Positions 52,606 through 64,000 of a DNA stretch of 64,000 nucleotides are shown here, piece after piece. Each line of letters opens with the position of its first letter. Positions within the stretch are counted from its first letter, which is position 1. The position numbers and the translations under genes are program-made. This DNA is from Octopus sinensis (taxonomy: Eukaryota), in the NCBI RefSeq assembly GCF_006345805.1, contig NC_043020.1, forward strand, positions 29,574,001 through 29,638,000, given 5' to 3'. Under the pieces are notes generated by a model, which did no database searches, was not told where the DNA came from, and was given only the letters and a program-made list of their open reading frames with translations.

Positions 52606-54620
52606 AATGTTTTAGTTGATAGATACCCTAACTCAACTATATCAAACTAGTGGTTAAGGGGTTGGTTAAAATTAATTGACAGGATTAGTGGGTAGGTATT
52701 TTTCCTTATTGCCCCCCCCCCCCTCCCCATTCATTCTCAGAAAGTGGGGAAATAATCACAACATTATCCAGCCCTTCTGTGGGGCTAGGAATAACTAAAA
52801 TTGCAGGGGGTAAGTAATTTAGCTTGAAACTATTGCAGGGTAAGTTGGATGTTTTTGAAAGGAAAACCCGAGACAAGGAGAGGAATCGGGAGGGAAGTCG
52901 TTGGAAAGAGGGAGAACTGAGTAAGGAAAAAAAATTAGGGGTTACAGCTTGGAGCCTTGATGGGAAGATAAAGTTGATGTATCTACAGGAGGTTGATTTG
53001 AGTGTGTTTATGTTGGATCAGTAAAGAGTGAGCAAGTCCTGTCTGAGTTGCAAAGATCACTAAAGGAGAAGGGTACAGCTCTGTGGTAAGATAAATGTTG
53101 AAGAATGCAGGAAGTTTTGATTATTAGGGGTTGTAATTGAGGTCACTACATTCTAGAAGGCTATATGTTGTAGAATTCCGAAGATTTGGCAGGATGGGTT
53201 TGCTATGGTATCTTGGGATACATCATGTAATTTGTCCCTCCTGTATTTAAAATAGTGATGTGTGATTAATTTAAGAAAGATTTGGCTGCTATTTCTAATT
53301 GGTTGAGCAACCATGCAACAGACTCCTCAGGAGTTGTTGGTGGGGGTGTGGTTTAAACAATAACAACCCCATATCAGCTTCGATTGACCTTGCCATATGA
53401 TCAGAGGTATTCCAGTCAAGACTATTTAGTGTGTCCTGCCTTTATATAAGACAAGAGAGAGTCATTCATTCAGTTAGCCCTAAATTAGAATACACAGCAG
53501 CTGACACAGGAGTTGACTGAAGGGCCAATTGAATGGAACCATGGCTCAGGTATGTAATCTCCATGTTTACCTCACAAAGGTTAACACATCTACATGTGTG
53601 TCACCGACCCTTACTTGTTTCCAAAAAAAGTAGTTTTTCCTCACAACTAGACTTGCTTTCATGACAAGTTGGCAACAGACACCGCTTGTAAGACAGTGAC
53701 ACTCTTTTACAACTATCACATGATGTCAAAACAAGAACACACACACACACACACGCATATATGCAGTGAACTTCTTTCAGTTGCTGTTTAACCAAGTCCA
53801 CTCTGAAGGTTTTGATTGGCCCAAGGTGCTGCACAGTGGGATTGAACCTGAAAATATTTGGTTGGGAAGCAGACTTCTTCACCCCTCAGCCATGCATTCT
53901 GCATCATGTGGGAAAGGTTATTTTCTTTGGTGTCTGGAGACTCATTCGTAGATAAGGTACCAATCCTAATAAAGCTAATTGTGAAAATATCTTCCTCACA
54001 AACCCACAGATAAACACACACACACACACACATACATACTCACATAAACACACACATCTACAGATATCTACACACAAACACGCATTTGCATACAAACTAC
54101 AAACACATGTCCCCACAAATACGCACACATATACACACACATACACATAAATATATTAGTGCTGGTATTCAGTTCAGGCTCGGCCCTGAGTGAGCAAACA
54201 TTATGATCAGAAGCAATCCAATCATGACCATCCCATCTTACTGTATACAAAAGACTGCATTGTTTAATGTGTCCTTTCTTTTTTTATATGATGGTAGGAT
54301 ATGATTTGCTGGAGATTGTGCTGTTGTTTCTAGCTGGTCAAGTAAAAGCATAAGAGGCCCTTCAGCTGGTTTATTGAATAGGTTGTGTTTATTGTGTACA
54401 GGTTTCATGGTTATTTTATCGAGATCAATCTCAGTACCTATTTCTTTATTGCCAACAAGGGGCTAAACATAGAGGGGACAAACAAGGACAGACAAAGGGA
54501 TTAAGTTGATTACATCGTCCCCAGTGCGTAACTGGTACTTATTAATCGACCCTGTAACAGCTGACGAAATACCGCTAAGCATTTTGCCCGCATCAGCACA
54601 GTGTTACAAACACATCCCTG

Positions 54621-54939
54621 CAGTGGCAGACAGGGTCTAAAAATATTGGTTGTTCAGGGGACTAAGGGGGTCCACCCACAACCACGAGGGGCCCCACCTG
54701 CTACTACAATGCTATCATTTAATTTTTTGTTTTTTTGTTAAAAGTCTTCTTTTCAAATGTCTACAAACACAGCCAGGTTGAAATAATTAATGCATTATAC
54801 CAGGAGTGAATTTAAAAAGTTCTCAAACTTGAGGGGATAGACCCCTTAGATACTAACATGGACCCCCATATATGGATTCTAATGGCACAGGGGCCCACTT
54901 GCCATCGGGCAAGCTGGCAACCTGGCCAGTCCACCACTG
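54621..54939. mobile_element. hAT-type MITE (319 bp)
   Basis: TIRs CAGTGGCAGAC / GTCCACCACTG and 8-bp TSD catccctg (54613-54620) / catccatg (54940-54947). Confidence 0.75.
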
Positions 54940-55185
54940 CATCCATGCATACAGTACTACTAACACATACCCACACGGTACTAACACATACATACATATA
55001 TTACCACTAACATATACACAGTACCACTAAGATACATTTGCAACACCACTAACACATATACATACATAATACTACTAACACACACAGGACCATTAAACAT
55101 GTACTTACACAGTGAAGCTTACATAAACTCATACATTCAGTGTACCACTAATATGTACATATACACACATGGCACCAATGATACA

Positions 55186-55242
<57 letters not shown>

Positions 55243-57882
55243 CTTTATTGCCCACAAGGTGCTAAATTTAGAGGGGACAAACAAGGACAGACAGATGGAT
55301 TAAGTCGATTACATCGACCCCAGTGCATAACTGGTACGTTATTTATTGACTCCGAAAGAATGAAAGGCACAGTATATACACATGCTGGTGCCAAAGAAAA
55401 AGCACCGGTGCTGGTATCGTGTGAAGATTACTGGTGTTGGCGCCACATGAAAGGCGCCCAGTCCACTCTGTAAAGTGGTTGATGTTAGGAATGGCATCCA
55501 GCCATAGAAACCATGCGAAAACACAGTGGAGACTGGTGTGGTCCCTGGCCTTTCCAGCTCCTGGCAAAACTGTCCAACCCATGCCAGCATGGAAAATAGA
55601 TGTTAAATGATGACAAAGATAATGATGTCATTATATTTGTCATCATTTGACACACACACACACACACACACACAGAGCCACTAACGAGTATAACTCAACA
55701 GCTGAAAGTCTCAATGTGGAAGCAGCAATCAATGGGAAAATCATTTGACAGTTGGAAATCAATAGAAATCAAGTCTTTAAGCTATTTCGATTCTTTCTTT
55801 TGTGCCACAGCTGTTGTTGTGTAAAAATGCTGCTGGACAATTACAGTGAAACAATTATTTAAAGTTTTGTGTTGTAGTATTTCACAAACGCTTCGCCCTC
55901 GTTTAAGGAAATTTCTTCCTTCAAGAAAAAAAAAACAACAATACAGAAAATATTTTAAAATGTGAACTTGCACTGATTAACCCTTCCAATACTAACCTGT
56001 CTGGGCCCACCCCCTCATTCTTTATACAAACTTCCTGTTTTGAAATTATCTAAATTTCAAATTCCCATCAAAATTCCATTTGCTCCAAGCACCAACTTAA
56101 GAATGACAAAACTATTTTCCTAAATTCTTAATAATTTGTTGAAACAAAGTTAAAACAAAGGCAGTGAATTTCAACAGGAATCTTCTAACAAAAGGGTCAA
56201 AGTGATCTGAATTGAAAGCTTTTATCAAAATCTGTTAATTTATATTTCAAATGCCAGTTTAATAATGAGAAAGATATTTTACTAAATTTTTCATTATTTT
56301 TGGAATTCTTTGAAACAGAGGGAAAATATTTCAAAAGAAATATCTTAGTCTTGTGATTTAGCTGCCATATCTTTCCATTGTGTTTGTTCTAACCCTTTCA
56401 AAATCAGTCTCCCTGAGAACACCCCTGTTCATCATCATCATGTAACGTCCACTTTCCATGCTAGCATGGTTTGGACGATTTGACTGAGGTCTGGCAAACC
56501 AGACTCCAATCTGATTTGGCAGAGTTTCTACAGCTTGATGCCCTTCCTAACATCAACCACTCTGAGAGGTTAGTGGGTGCTTTTACATGCCACCAGCACG
56601 AGGGCCAGTTTGGTGGTACTGGCACGGCCATGCCCAAATGGTGCTTTTTACGTGCCGCCTGCGCAGGAGCCAGTCCAGCGGCACTGGCGACGATCTCGCT
56701 CGAATGTTTCACGTGCCACTTCCAGTCAAGAATTGGGGAACAATGATATTAACAAACTCCCTTGAAACTTGTTGGCCTTGTGCCTTAATTAGAAACGAAT
56801 ATTGTTGGGACCCAGCTCATCCCTGAAGAATAGGTCTGTATTCAAATGCATTCTAACAATGACCCCTTTATCTTTTTCTCTGGTGTGTGTGTGTGGGTTA
56901 TGTTGATAAAATAAAGTACCTTTCCCTCAAAGGGGTGGATTGGTAGAATTGTTACATCATCAGACAAAATGCCTTCTGGTCCTTTGTATTCTGAGTTAAA
57001 GTTCCACCGAGGTCAACTTTACCATTTCTAATTTTGAAGTTCATCATCATTTAATGTCCCCTTCACCAGGTTTGCATGGCTCAGATGGAATTGGTTGAGG
57101 CAGCCTCGACTTTTGTCCGAAAGTGAGACATGTCTTTTTTTATGCAAAACTAGGAATCAATAACCTTACTTTGTGTGATGGGGTTACTCTTTTACAATCA
57201 CCACATGATCCCTAGACAAGGGTTCACCTACATGCAGGCTTCCCTTGATTATTGCTGGTATTATGTTCCAACCCTCCACCCCACAGGAGGTGAAAATCCA
57301 CGAAGTAGAAACAGTACTGTACTGTATATTTTTTCATAATTTGTATATATTTTATTATAAATGCAAAACAACACCACAGACAAATCCATGGAAGCTTAAA
57401 TATGGTGAGGGATTACTCTGTGTGTGTGTGTGTGTATATATATATTTATTCTTTTATTTGTTTCAGTCATTTGACTGCAGCCATGCTGGAGCACTGCCTT
57501 AAAGGGTTTTAGTTGAAGAAATTGACCTCAGGGCTTACTGGATATGGATATTAGTGACCTCTTCATCATCATTAGCTTAATTATTTTGTTGTTGTTTTTT
57601 AAACCCTGGCTCATATTTGATCCAGTAAACTTTTCATCAAAGATGTTCCATCCAACCCTAATTGTCCTGTATTTTATTCACACATGGCCTATCTAGGATT
57701 ATACTGTCCAGCGTACCTTTCTGTTATTTTTGCTGTTGAATTTTCCATTATGCTCTCTTTAGATTCATTCTGCGTGTTTAGTTAATCTGTTTGTAAAAAA
57801 TATTCAAATAAATTATTTTTCTCTGGGCTTTAATAATTTAGAACCTGAGACATGCATATTTACTACAACTGATTATTATACA

Positions 57883-58327
57883 CAGCTGTTAGGACAACAT
57901 ACCACACACAGTTGTTAGGACAAGATACCACACACAGCTGTTAGGACAGATACCACACAGCTGTTAGGACAAGATACCACACACAGCTGTTAGGACAAGA
58001 TGCCACACACAGCTGTTAGGACAAGATACCACACGCAGCTGTTAGGACAGATGCCACACACAGCTGTTAGGACAAGATACCACACACAGCTGTTAGGACA
58101 AGATACCACACACAGCTGTTAGGACAAGATACCACACACAGCTGTTAGGACAAGATACCACACACAGCTGTTAGGACAAGATACCACACACAGCTGTTAG
58201 GACAAGATACCACACACAGCTGTTAGGACAAGATACCACACACAGCTGTTAGGAGAGACACCACGCACAGCTGTTAGGACAAGATACCACGCACAGCTGT
58301 TAGAGCAGATATCACATACAACTGTTA
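57883..58327. repeat. Homogeneous 26-bp minisatellite, about 17 copies
   Basis: Unit cagctgttaggacaagataccacaca. Confidence 0.95.
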
Positions 58328-60327
58328 CAATCAGGACTAAACTATGGTCAAATGACAACATGAAGGTTGGGTCTATTTTTAGTTTCTTTTGTGTTAGATG
58401 ACTAATCTGGGATGTCAATCTGTCACAGGTAACTTTATCTTACAGGTCGGATGGGAGTAAGAACAATCACTTTTCAATTTTACATTGCAACAGCAGTGAG
58501 TTACACCATTGCTTGAAACAACAAGGGAGCCTTTATGCAATCTCTGAGCCAGCTAGAAATAGCAGCCAAATTGCCCTCAAATCATAACTTTCTGTCTTAA
58601 GCAGAGGATACATTGAACAATGTAATGCCTGATACACAAAAAGACAAGACAACCATGACTAAAATGTTTTGATGCTAAGTCTATTTGATTAGATCTGATG
58701 TGGCACAACCACCACCACCACTGTCATTAGTAATTGCTTAGATTGACCAAGTGAATATTAAGTGTAATTTATCTGATGAATTAAGCTTTCATCATGTTAA
58801 ATTCGCTGCAGATAATCAGTGACAAAAGCTATATGCGTAGATGTAAGTTTAACAAACATTATTTGACCAATACAATAGAATATCTAAAACTGTGATCCCA
58901 ACAAAATAAATCATTTGTCTGGCATCATAGAATGCTTCTATCTATAAACTCAACCATTTGTAAGCTCAATATTACAAATAACCTGACTGGCTCAAAAGAT
59001 TATCTGCAAATGGAGGCTCAACTCAGCAGAACAGATCACTTGACTGACATCATACTATATCTGTAATTAAGCTCAATGACAGGCCATTTCACTGAAATTC
59101 TAGATTATGAATCTAAGCTGGTACAACAGATCCTTTGACCGATACCATGCAAAGTCTGTATTTGTAAACTCAACAACAGATTGTCTGACTGTAACTATAT
59201 GTTATCTATAGATCATCATCATCGTTTTAATGTTTGTTTTTCATGCTGGCATGGGTTGGACAGTATGATAAAGAGCTGGCAAGCCAGAGGACTGCATGAT
59301 TCTCTGCTGTCAGTTTATACATGGTTTCTACAGCTGGTTGCCCTTCTTTATGCCAATCACTTTACAGAGCACACATTTATCTATCCATTTTCCCCATGCT
59401 AACATGGTTTGGACAAATTCTTATTGAGTGAAGCATTATTTTGCAACTGGATGTCCTTCCTGCAAAAAAAAAACTTTTTCCTGTTTTTCAAGAGATTTGT
59501 TTATTCCGCTTGTTTTCAAAAGTGCTAACTTTCAGGACAATCTGTTAACTGGGAATGTCAATATAACACCACTGTTTTGCTCAAGTGTGGAATGTAAGCA
59601 CATACACACTTGCACACATACACATTTACACACATACACACTTACACACATGCACACACTCATCTGATATGCAAAATATCAAACCGGGTGAATGACAGAT
59701 GTCACACCTACGAAATGAACCAACCAATGAAATTAGATTATTCAGGCTAAATAGAAAAACAGTTCAGCTTCAGTATGGCCAAAACCTCGTTATCTGAATC
59801 TTATAACAATTTAGTAGCAGCGGCAGGTAGAAGAGGTAAATCCAACGCAATGTAACTCGTTAACCTCTGAAAATGTTTCTACTCCCGTATTTGTTTTTTT
59901 ATCTTTTTCTTGTTTCAGTCTTTGGACTGTGGCCATGCTGGGGCACCAACCTAAAGGGTTTAGTTGAACAAAATGGACCCCCTAAACTTTTTTTTTTTTA
60001 AATCTGGTACTTATCTTTCTCTTTGCTCAACTGCTAAGTTATGTGGATGTAAACAAACCAACACCGGTTGTCAGTTGGTAGTAGTGATGGGGAAACACAA
60101 GCATGTGCGTACACGCACACACTGTCAGGCTTCCATATAGTTTCCTCCTATCAATGTCACTCACAAGGCATTGGTCAGCCTGGTGTCATACACACTCATA
60201 CACTTCAATATAACCATGGCCATCACCTAGAAACAAGTATAACCGGGTACTTGTTTTAGGTGCCTATGTAGTTGCAAGCAGACATGAACACTCTCTTGTC
60301 CCCTTCAAACCCTTTGACCCCATAAAG

Positions 60328-60708
60328 CAGTGGTTCCCAACACTTTTGTTTAAATGAGTTTTCCAACAGACCCCTTTTAATATGCTTATCATCATCATCA
60401 TCATCATCATTTAGTGTCCGCTTTCCATGCTAGCATGGGTTGGACGGTTCAACTGGGGTCTGTGAAACCAGAAGGCTGCATCAGGCCCAGTCTGATCTGG
60501 CAGTGTTTCTACGGCTGGATGCCCTTCCTAACGCCAACCACTCCATGAGTGTAGTGGGTGCTTTTTACGTGCCACCCGCACAGGTGCCAGACGGAGCTGG
60601 CAAACGGTCACAAATGGATGATGCTTTTACGTGCCACCGGCACGGGGGCCAGGCGAGGCTGTATGAAATTTTGAATTTAGCTTACGGACCCCAGGCTGGG
60701 AACCCCTG
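60328..60708. mobile_element. hAT/Charlie-like MITE with an RTE-type 3' UTR copy inserted (about 60388-60661, -)
   Basis: Ends CAGTGGTTCCCAAC / GCTGGGAACCCCTG, with 8-bp flanks ccataaag / ccatagaa. A partial relative lies at about 62583-62650. Confidence 0.7.
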
Positions 60709-61043
60709 CCATAGAACATCAAGGATGTGACAACTGGAGGGAGAAAGGGTTTCACAAGCTCTCAGCTGGCACTCATTTCAGCTGAGTAAACTGGAACGCT
60801 GTGAAACGAAGAGCATTGCTCAAGAACATAACACATCACTCAGCATTGGTATTGAACCCACAACCTGACACTTTAACCACAAGGCCACACAATTACAGTG
60901 ATACATAACAATAAAGGTAATTGTACTTAAGCTTTTTATAAACCCATCCAAGGCCAGTCTCCTAAGAGATTGTTATTACTTTATACTTTTGTCACTTGAC
61001 TAAAGGTACTTAGCAACTTAGCTGAGAGAGAGGTTCAAATCTT

Positions 61044-61261
61044 ATTTCTTTATTGCCCACAAGGGGCTAAACACAGAGGGGACAAACAAGGACAGACAAA
61101 CAGATTAAGTTGATTACATCGATCCGAGTGCGTAGCTGGTACTTATTTAATCGACCCCGAAAGGATGAAAGGCAAAGTCGACATGGGCGGAATTTGACTC
61201 AGAACACAACGGCAGACGAAATACCACTAAGCATTTCGCCCGGCGTGCTAGCATTTCTACC
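61044..61261 (-). mobile_element. SINE family B, slightly 5'-truncated, with 13-bp TSD
   Basis: TSD aggttcaaatctt at 61031-61043 and 61262-61274. Confidence 0.85.
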
Positions 61262-62358
61262 AGGTTCAAATCTTGCCATAGGCAATGCTTTATACCCTTG
61301 GGTAATGCATTTGAATATTCTTACTTCAATGAATGTAATTAAAAGCTAGACACTGCTCCAGTTTTGCTAGACTTGTCTGTATTTTATAAATAATTATTGA
61401 TTATTTTTTTCTTCGTTAAAGATCCTCAATTACTTTTGCCAGTGCTTGTCTACGTACACGTGTATGGGGGTTGGGGAGCAAGGGGATATGGCTCTCTTAA
61501 ATTTCAACATAAATGCCTGTTTCTTTTCGACGAGTTTCCATGGTATCAATAGCATGCGATTCATGAACGTGTAATTACAACTAATGACAAGGTGCTATTA
61601 GTGGTAATTAGAGACAAATTTTTTTTCAAGATGGCTGAGCATGATTTCAAGACCTATTTGATTTCTATTTCTTACGGGTTAAGTGCCTAATTAGTAGATT
61701 CCTCATTAACTTGACGATAATCAGATAATTGTTGTTGTTGATGCTTTTCTTAGGCCTCAGTTGGTCAGCATTAAACATGCATCTGCACATTTATGTGCAA
61801 CCATGGGCAGTTTTTTTTAGGAGGAATGCTAACATTTTCCATGTAATGCAAGTCTCCCCTTTTCCATATTATCTGCTTTTATCCAAACTGGGGTCAACAC
61901 AGCTTGGCATCAAATGAATTGCAAGCATTCCTGTCAGAATGTAAAGAATTGAAACAGGTAACGCATGGCATTCTACCATCCATTGCCCCTGGTTGGTACC
62001 TTTTTATATCATCTCCAAATTGATGAAAAGCAAAGTTGATGTCAGTAGTATTTGAACTCAGGGTACAAGGAGTCGGATTGGGGCTTAGAAGTTTGCTCCC
62101 AAGAATATGGTCTGGGGTTTAGTCTTACTGTGTGGCTCCTTGGATAAGTGTCTTCTACTATTGCCCTCAGATCAACCAAAACCTTGTGAGTGGATTATTT
62201 GGCAGATGGAAACTGAAAGGAATTTATGTATGTATGTATGTTCCTATGTATGTATGTATGTAAATAAAAAAAACCAAGAACAAACACAAGAAGAAAAAAA
62301 CGCGAGGACATGGTACATGCAAAGTATTAGCAGAAGGTCAGGGAATGAAAGAAAGGTG

Positions 62359-62393
62359 GTTTTACATTTCGAGCAAAGCTCTTCATCAGAAAC
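62359..62393 (-). ncRNA. Minimal type I hammerhead ribozyme (Penelope-type)
   Basis: Minus strand GTTT-CTGATGA-A-GAGC-TTT-GCTC-GAAA-T-GTA-AAAC: core boxes CUGAUGA and GAAA, stem II GAGC/GCUC, stem I GUUU/AAAC, and GUA cleavage triplet. Confidence 0.7.
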
Positions 62394-62714
62394 AGGAGTT
62401 GGAGGAAAGTCCAAGAGAAAAGGAAGACAGAGGAAAAAAATCGCCAATGATCCACATGTATGTTTGTATGCATGCATATATGTAATTATTTTTTCTAAAT
62501 ATTCCTATCAACAGCCTAATTCAGTTAACAGACTACAGTTGTAGCTTCTGTTATTTATAGCGCTGTGGACCATGCTGTAGTTCAGTGGTTGCCAACCTTT
62601 TCACTACCAAGGACCCCTTTTATTTAAATGAGTTTTCCTATGGACCCAGGATATTGAAAGGTCTGTCAGCTTTACATGTTCATGAACCCTCAGCACTACC
62701 TTTGTGGTCAGTCT

Positions 62715-62990
62715 GTTAATGGCATTAAGTATAGCAGTCGGAATCTTGGTAAAGCTTAAGACTGTAATATCCATGGCTGGGGAGCATAGTCAAATGCCTT
62801 CTCATAGTCTAGCAATGCAATCAACAGGTTCCAGTGATGTCGTTTTGGCTTCCTTGAGGACAGCTTTGTTGATGAGGAGCTGTTTGGCACAACCCTTGGC
62901 ATCTTTCTTTTCTCCTGCCTGTTTGTCCAATGATCATGGACAATTGGACTGTATAATAACATGCAAGGAAAACAGAAAGTTCCCATACCA
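62715..62990 (-). mobile_element. R4/Dong-like non-LTR RT fragment (frameshifted)
   Basis: QAGEKKDAKGCAKQLLINKAVLKEAK / RHHWNLLIALLDYEKAFDYAPQPWILQS matches Q.GC.....GCKDQLLI.K.......RNL..AWIDY.KAFDSVPH.WI. Confidence 0.75.
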
Positions 62991-63181
62991 CCGGTTATAA
63001 CTCTGTGGTAAATTATCCAAGCTCTACAGGGAATAGCAAGAAATACTAAAGAGCAAGCTAATTGCCCTTAAACACAAGCTGCAAGTGATGAGTGAGAAGT
63101 TTTAGTATCTCAAAAGATTTCTAACGAGTAGGATGATGAGGCATAAACCTCCACTGAATCACATAAAAGATTGGAAAAGCC

Positions 63182-63420
63182 CCTTCCCAGGAAGATCTGG
63201 GATCATTCTGGAGAGTGATCTGGAATGTAAACAAACATGACAACCGTGATGCAAAGTGGTTGAGTGAACTACAGACTGAATACTGTGCAATTCTCTCTTC
63301 CAAAATCTATAAAATCAACAGTGAAACTATCTTCGTGATGGTTGCAAAATTTCCGAATGGAAAGTTTGCTTGGAGAGTCTTGATTGTAAGTTATTGATAC
63401 AAAAAACCCACATTCTACAG
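63182..63420 (+). mobile_element. R4/Dong-like ORF fragment N-terminal to the RT domain
   Basis: PSQEDLGSFWRVIWNVNKHDNRDAKWLSEL...VAKFPNGKFAWRVLIVSY*YKK resembles P...E...FW..IW.....N..A.W....NWKAPG.D.I...W.KK. Confidence 0.65.
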
Positions 63421-63747
63421 GTCAATACTTGTTAACTTCTTTGAAAGAATACGGAACACTGAGTTCTAAGACTGTAGAGTGTAATTTGAGAAAAATTTGG
63501 TTGTTATTTCAAGCATGTTGGACAATGAGCATCCTTGTCATACAAACAGTGTTTTCATTTCCAGTCTTCTGTGGACAATTTGTCTGGTCATGGGGAAATA
63601 GGTAGGGGTTAGTGATGGGAAAGGCGTCTGGCCGTAGCAAATCTGCCTCAGCAAATTCCATCTGACCCATGCAAGCATGGAAAAGGGGTCAGTAAATGAT
63701 AGAATTTTTATAACTCTAAAACAAAAATACAGTAAAAGTCTTTAATT

Positions 63748-64000
63748 AGGCGCAGGGGTGGCTGTGTGGTAAGTAGCTTGTTTACCAACCACATGGTTCC
63801 GTGTTCAGTCCCACTGCATGGCGCTTTGGGCAAGTGTCTTCTACTATAGTCTCGGGCCGACCAAAGCCTTATGAGTGGATTTGGTAGACGGAAACTGAAA
63901 GAAGCCCGTCGTATATATGTATATATATATATGTGTGTGTATATGTTTGTGTGTCTGTTCATCCCCCCAACATCTGATGCTGGTGTGTTTATGTCCCCGT
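63748..64000 (+). mobile_element. SINE family A copy, truncated by the window edge
   Basis: ggcgcaggggtggctgtgtggtaagtagcttg...gaaactgaaagaagcccgtcg. Confidence 0.85.

Noticed and set aside
53470-53555. Possible small exon ending cag|gtatgt
   Set aside because: There is no convincing acceptor or polypyrimidine tract and no coding signal.
57883-58327. CRISPR-like array
   Set aside because: The units are head-to-tail with no unique spacers, in a eukaryotic context with no cas genes.

Overview
AT-rich, repeat-dense animal genomic DNA, most likely a cephalopod (Octopus). This is inferred from the tRNA-derived SINE families, (TGA)n-tailed RTE retroposons and long TA/CA/CAT microsatellites. Almost all ORFs in the track are microsatellite or repeat artefacts. 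One convincing host coding segment is present: an ATG-initiated first coding exon (49648-49959, +) with an ATG-free leader and a GTGAGA donor, downstream of a CpG-rich promoter-like region (about 45.6-47.4 kb). The gene cannot be named from the sequence. The rest is intergenic or intronic: SINEs (often nested, with target-site duplications, TSDs), RTE, CR1/L2 and R4/Dong LINE fragments, hAT and TTAA-type MITEs, and minisatellites. The most notable observations are a minimal Penelope-type hammerhead ribozyme (62359-62393, -), a candidate recursive splice site (25643/25644), a three-copy internally deleted RTE derivative, an E-box/GATA-spaced 26-bp minisatellite in the putative first intron, and several perfect palindromes.
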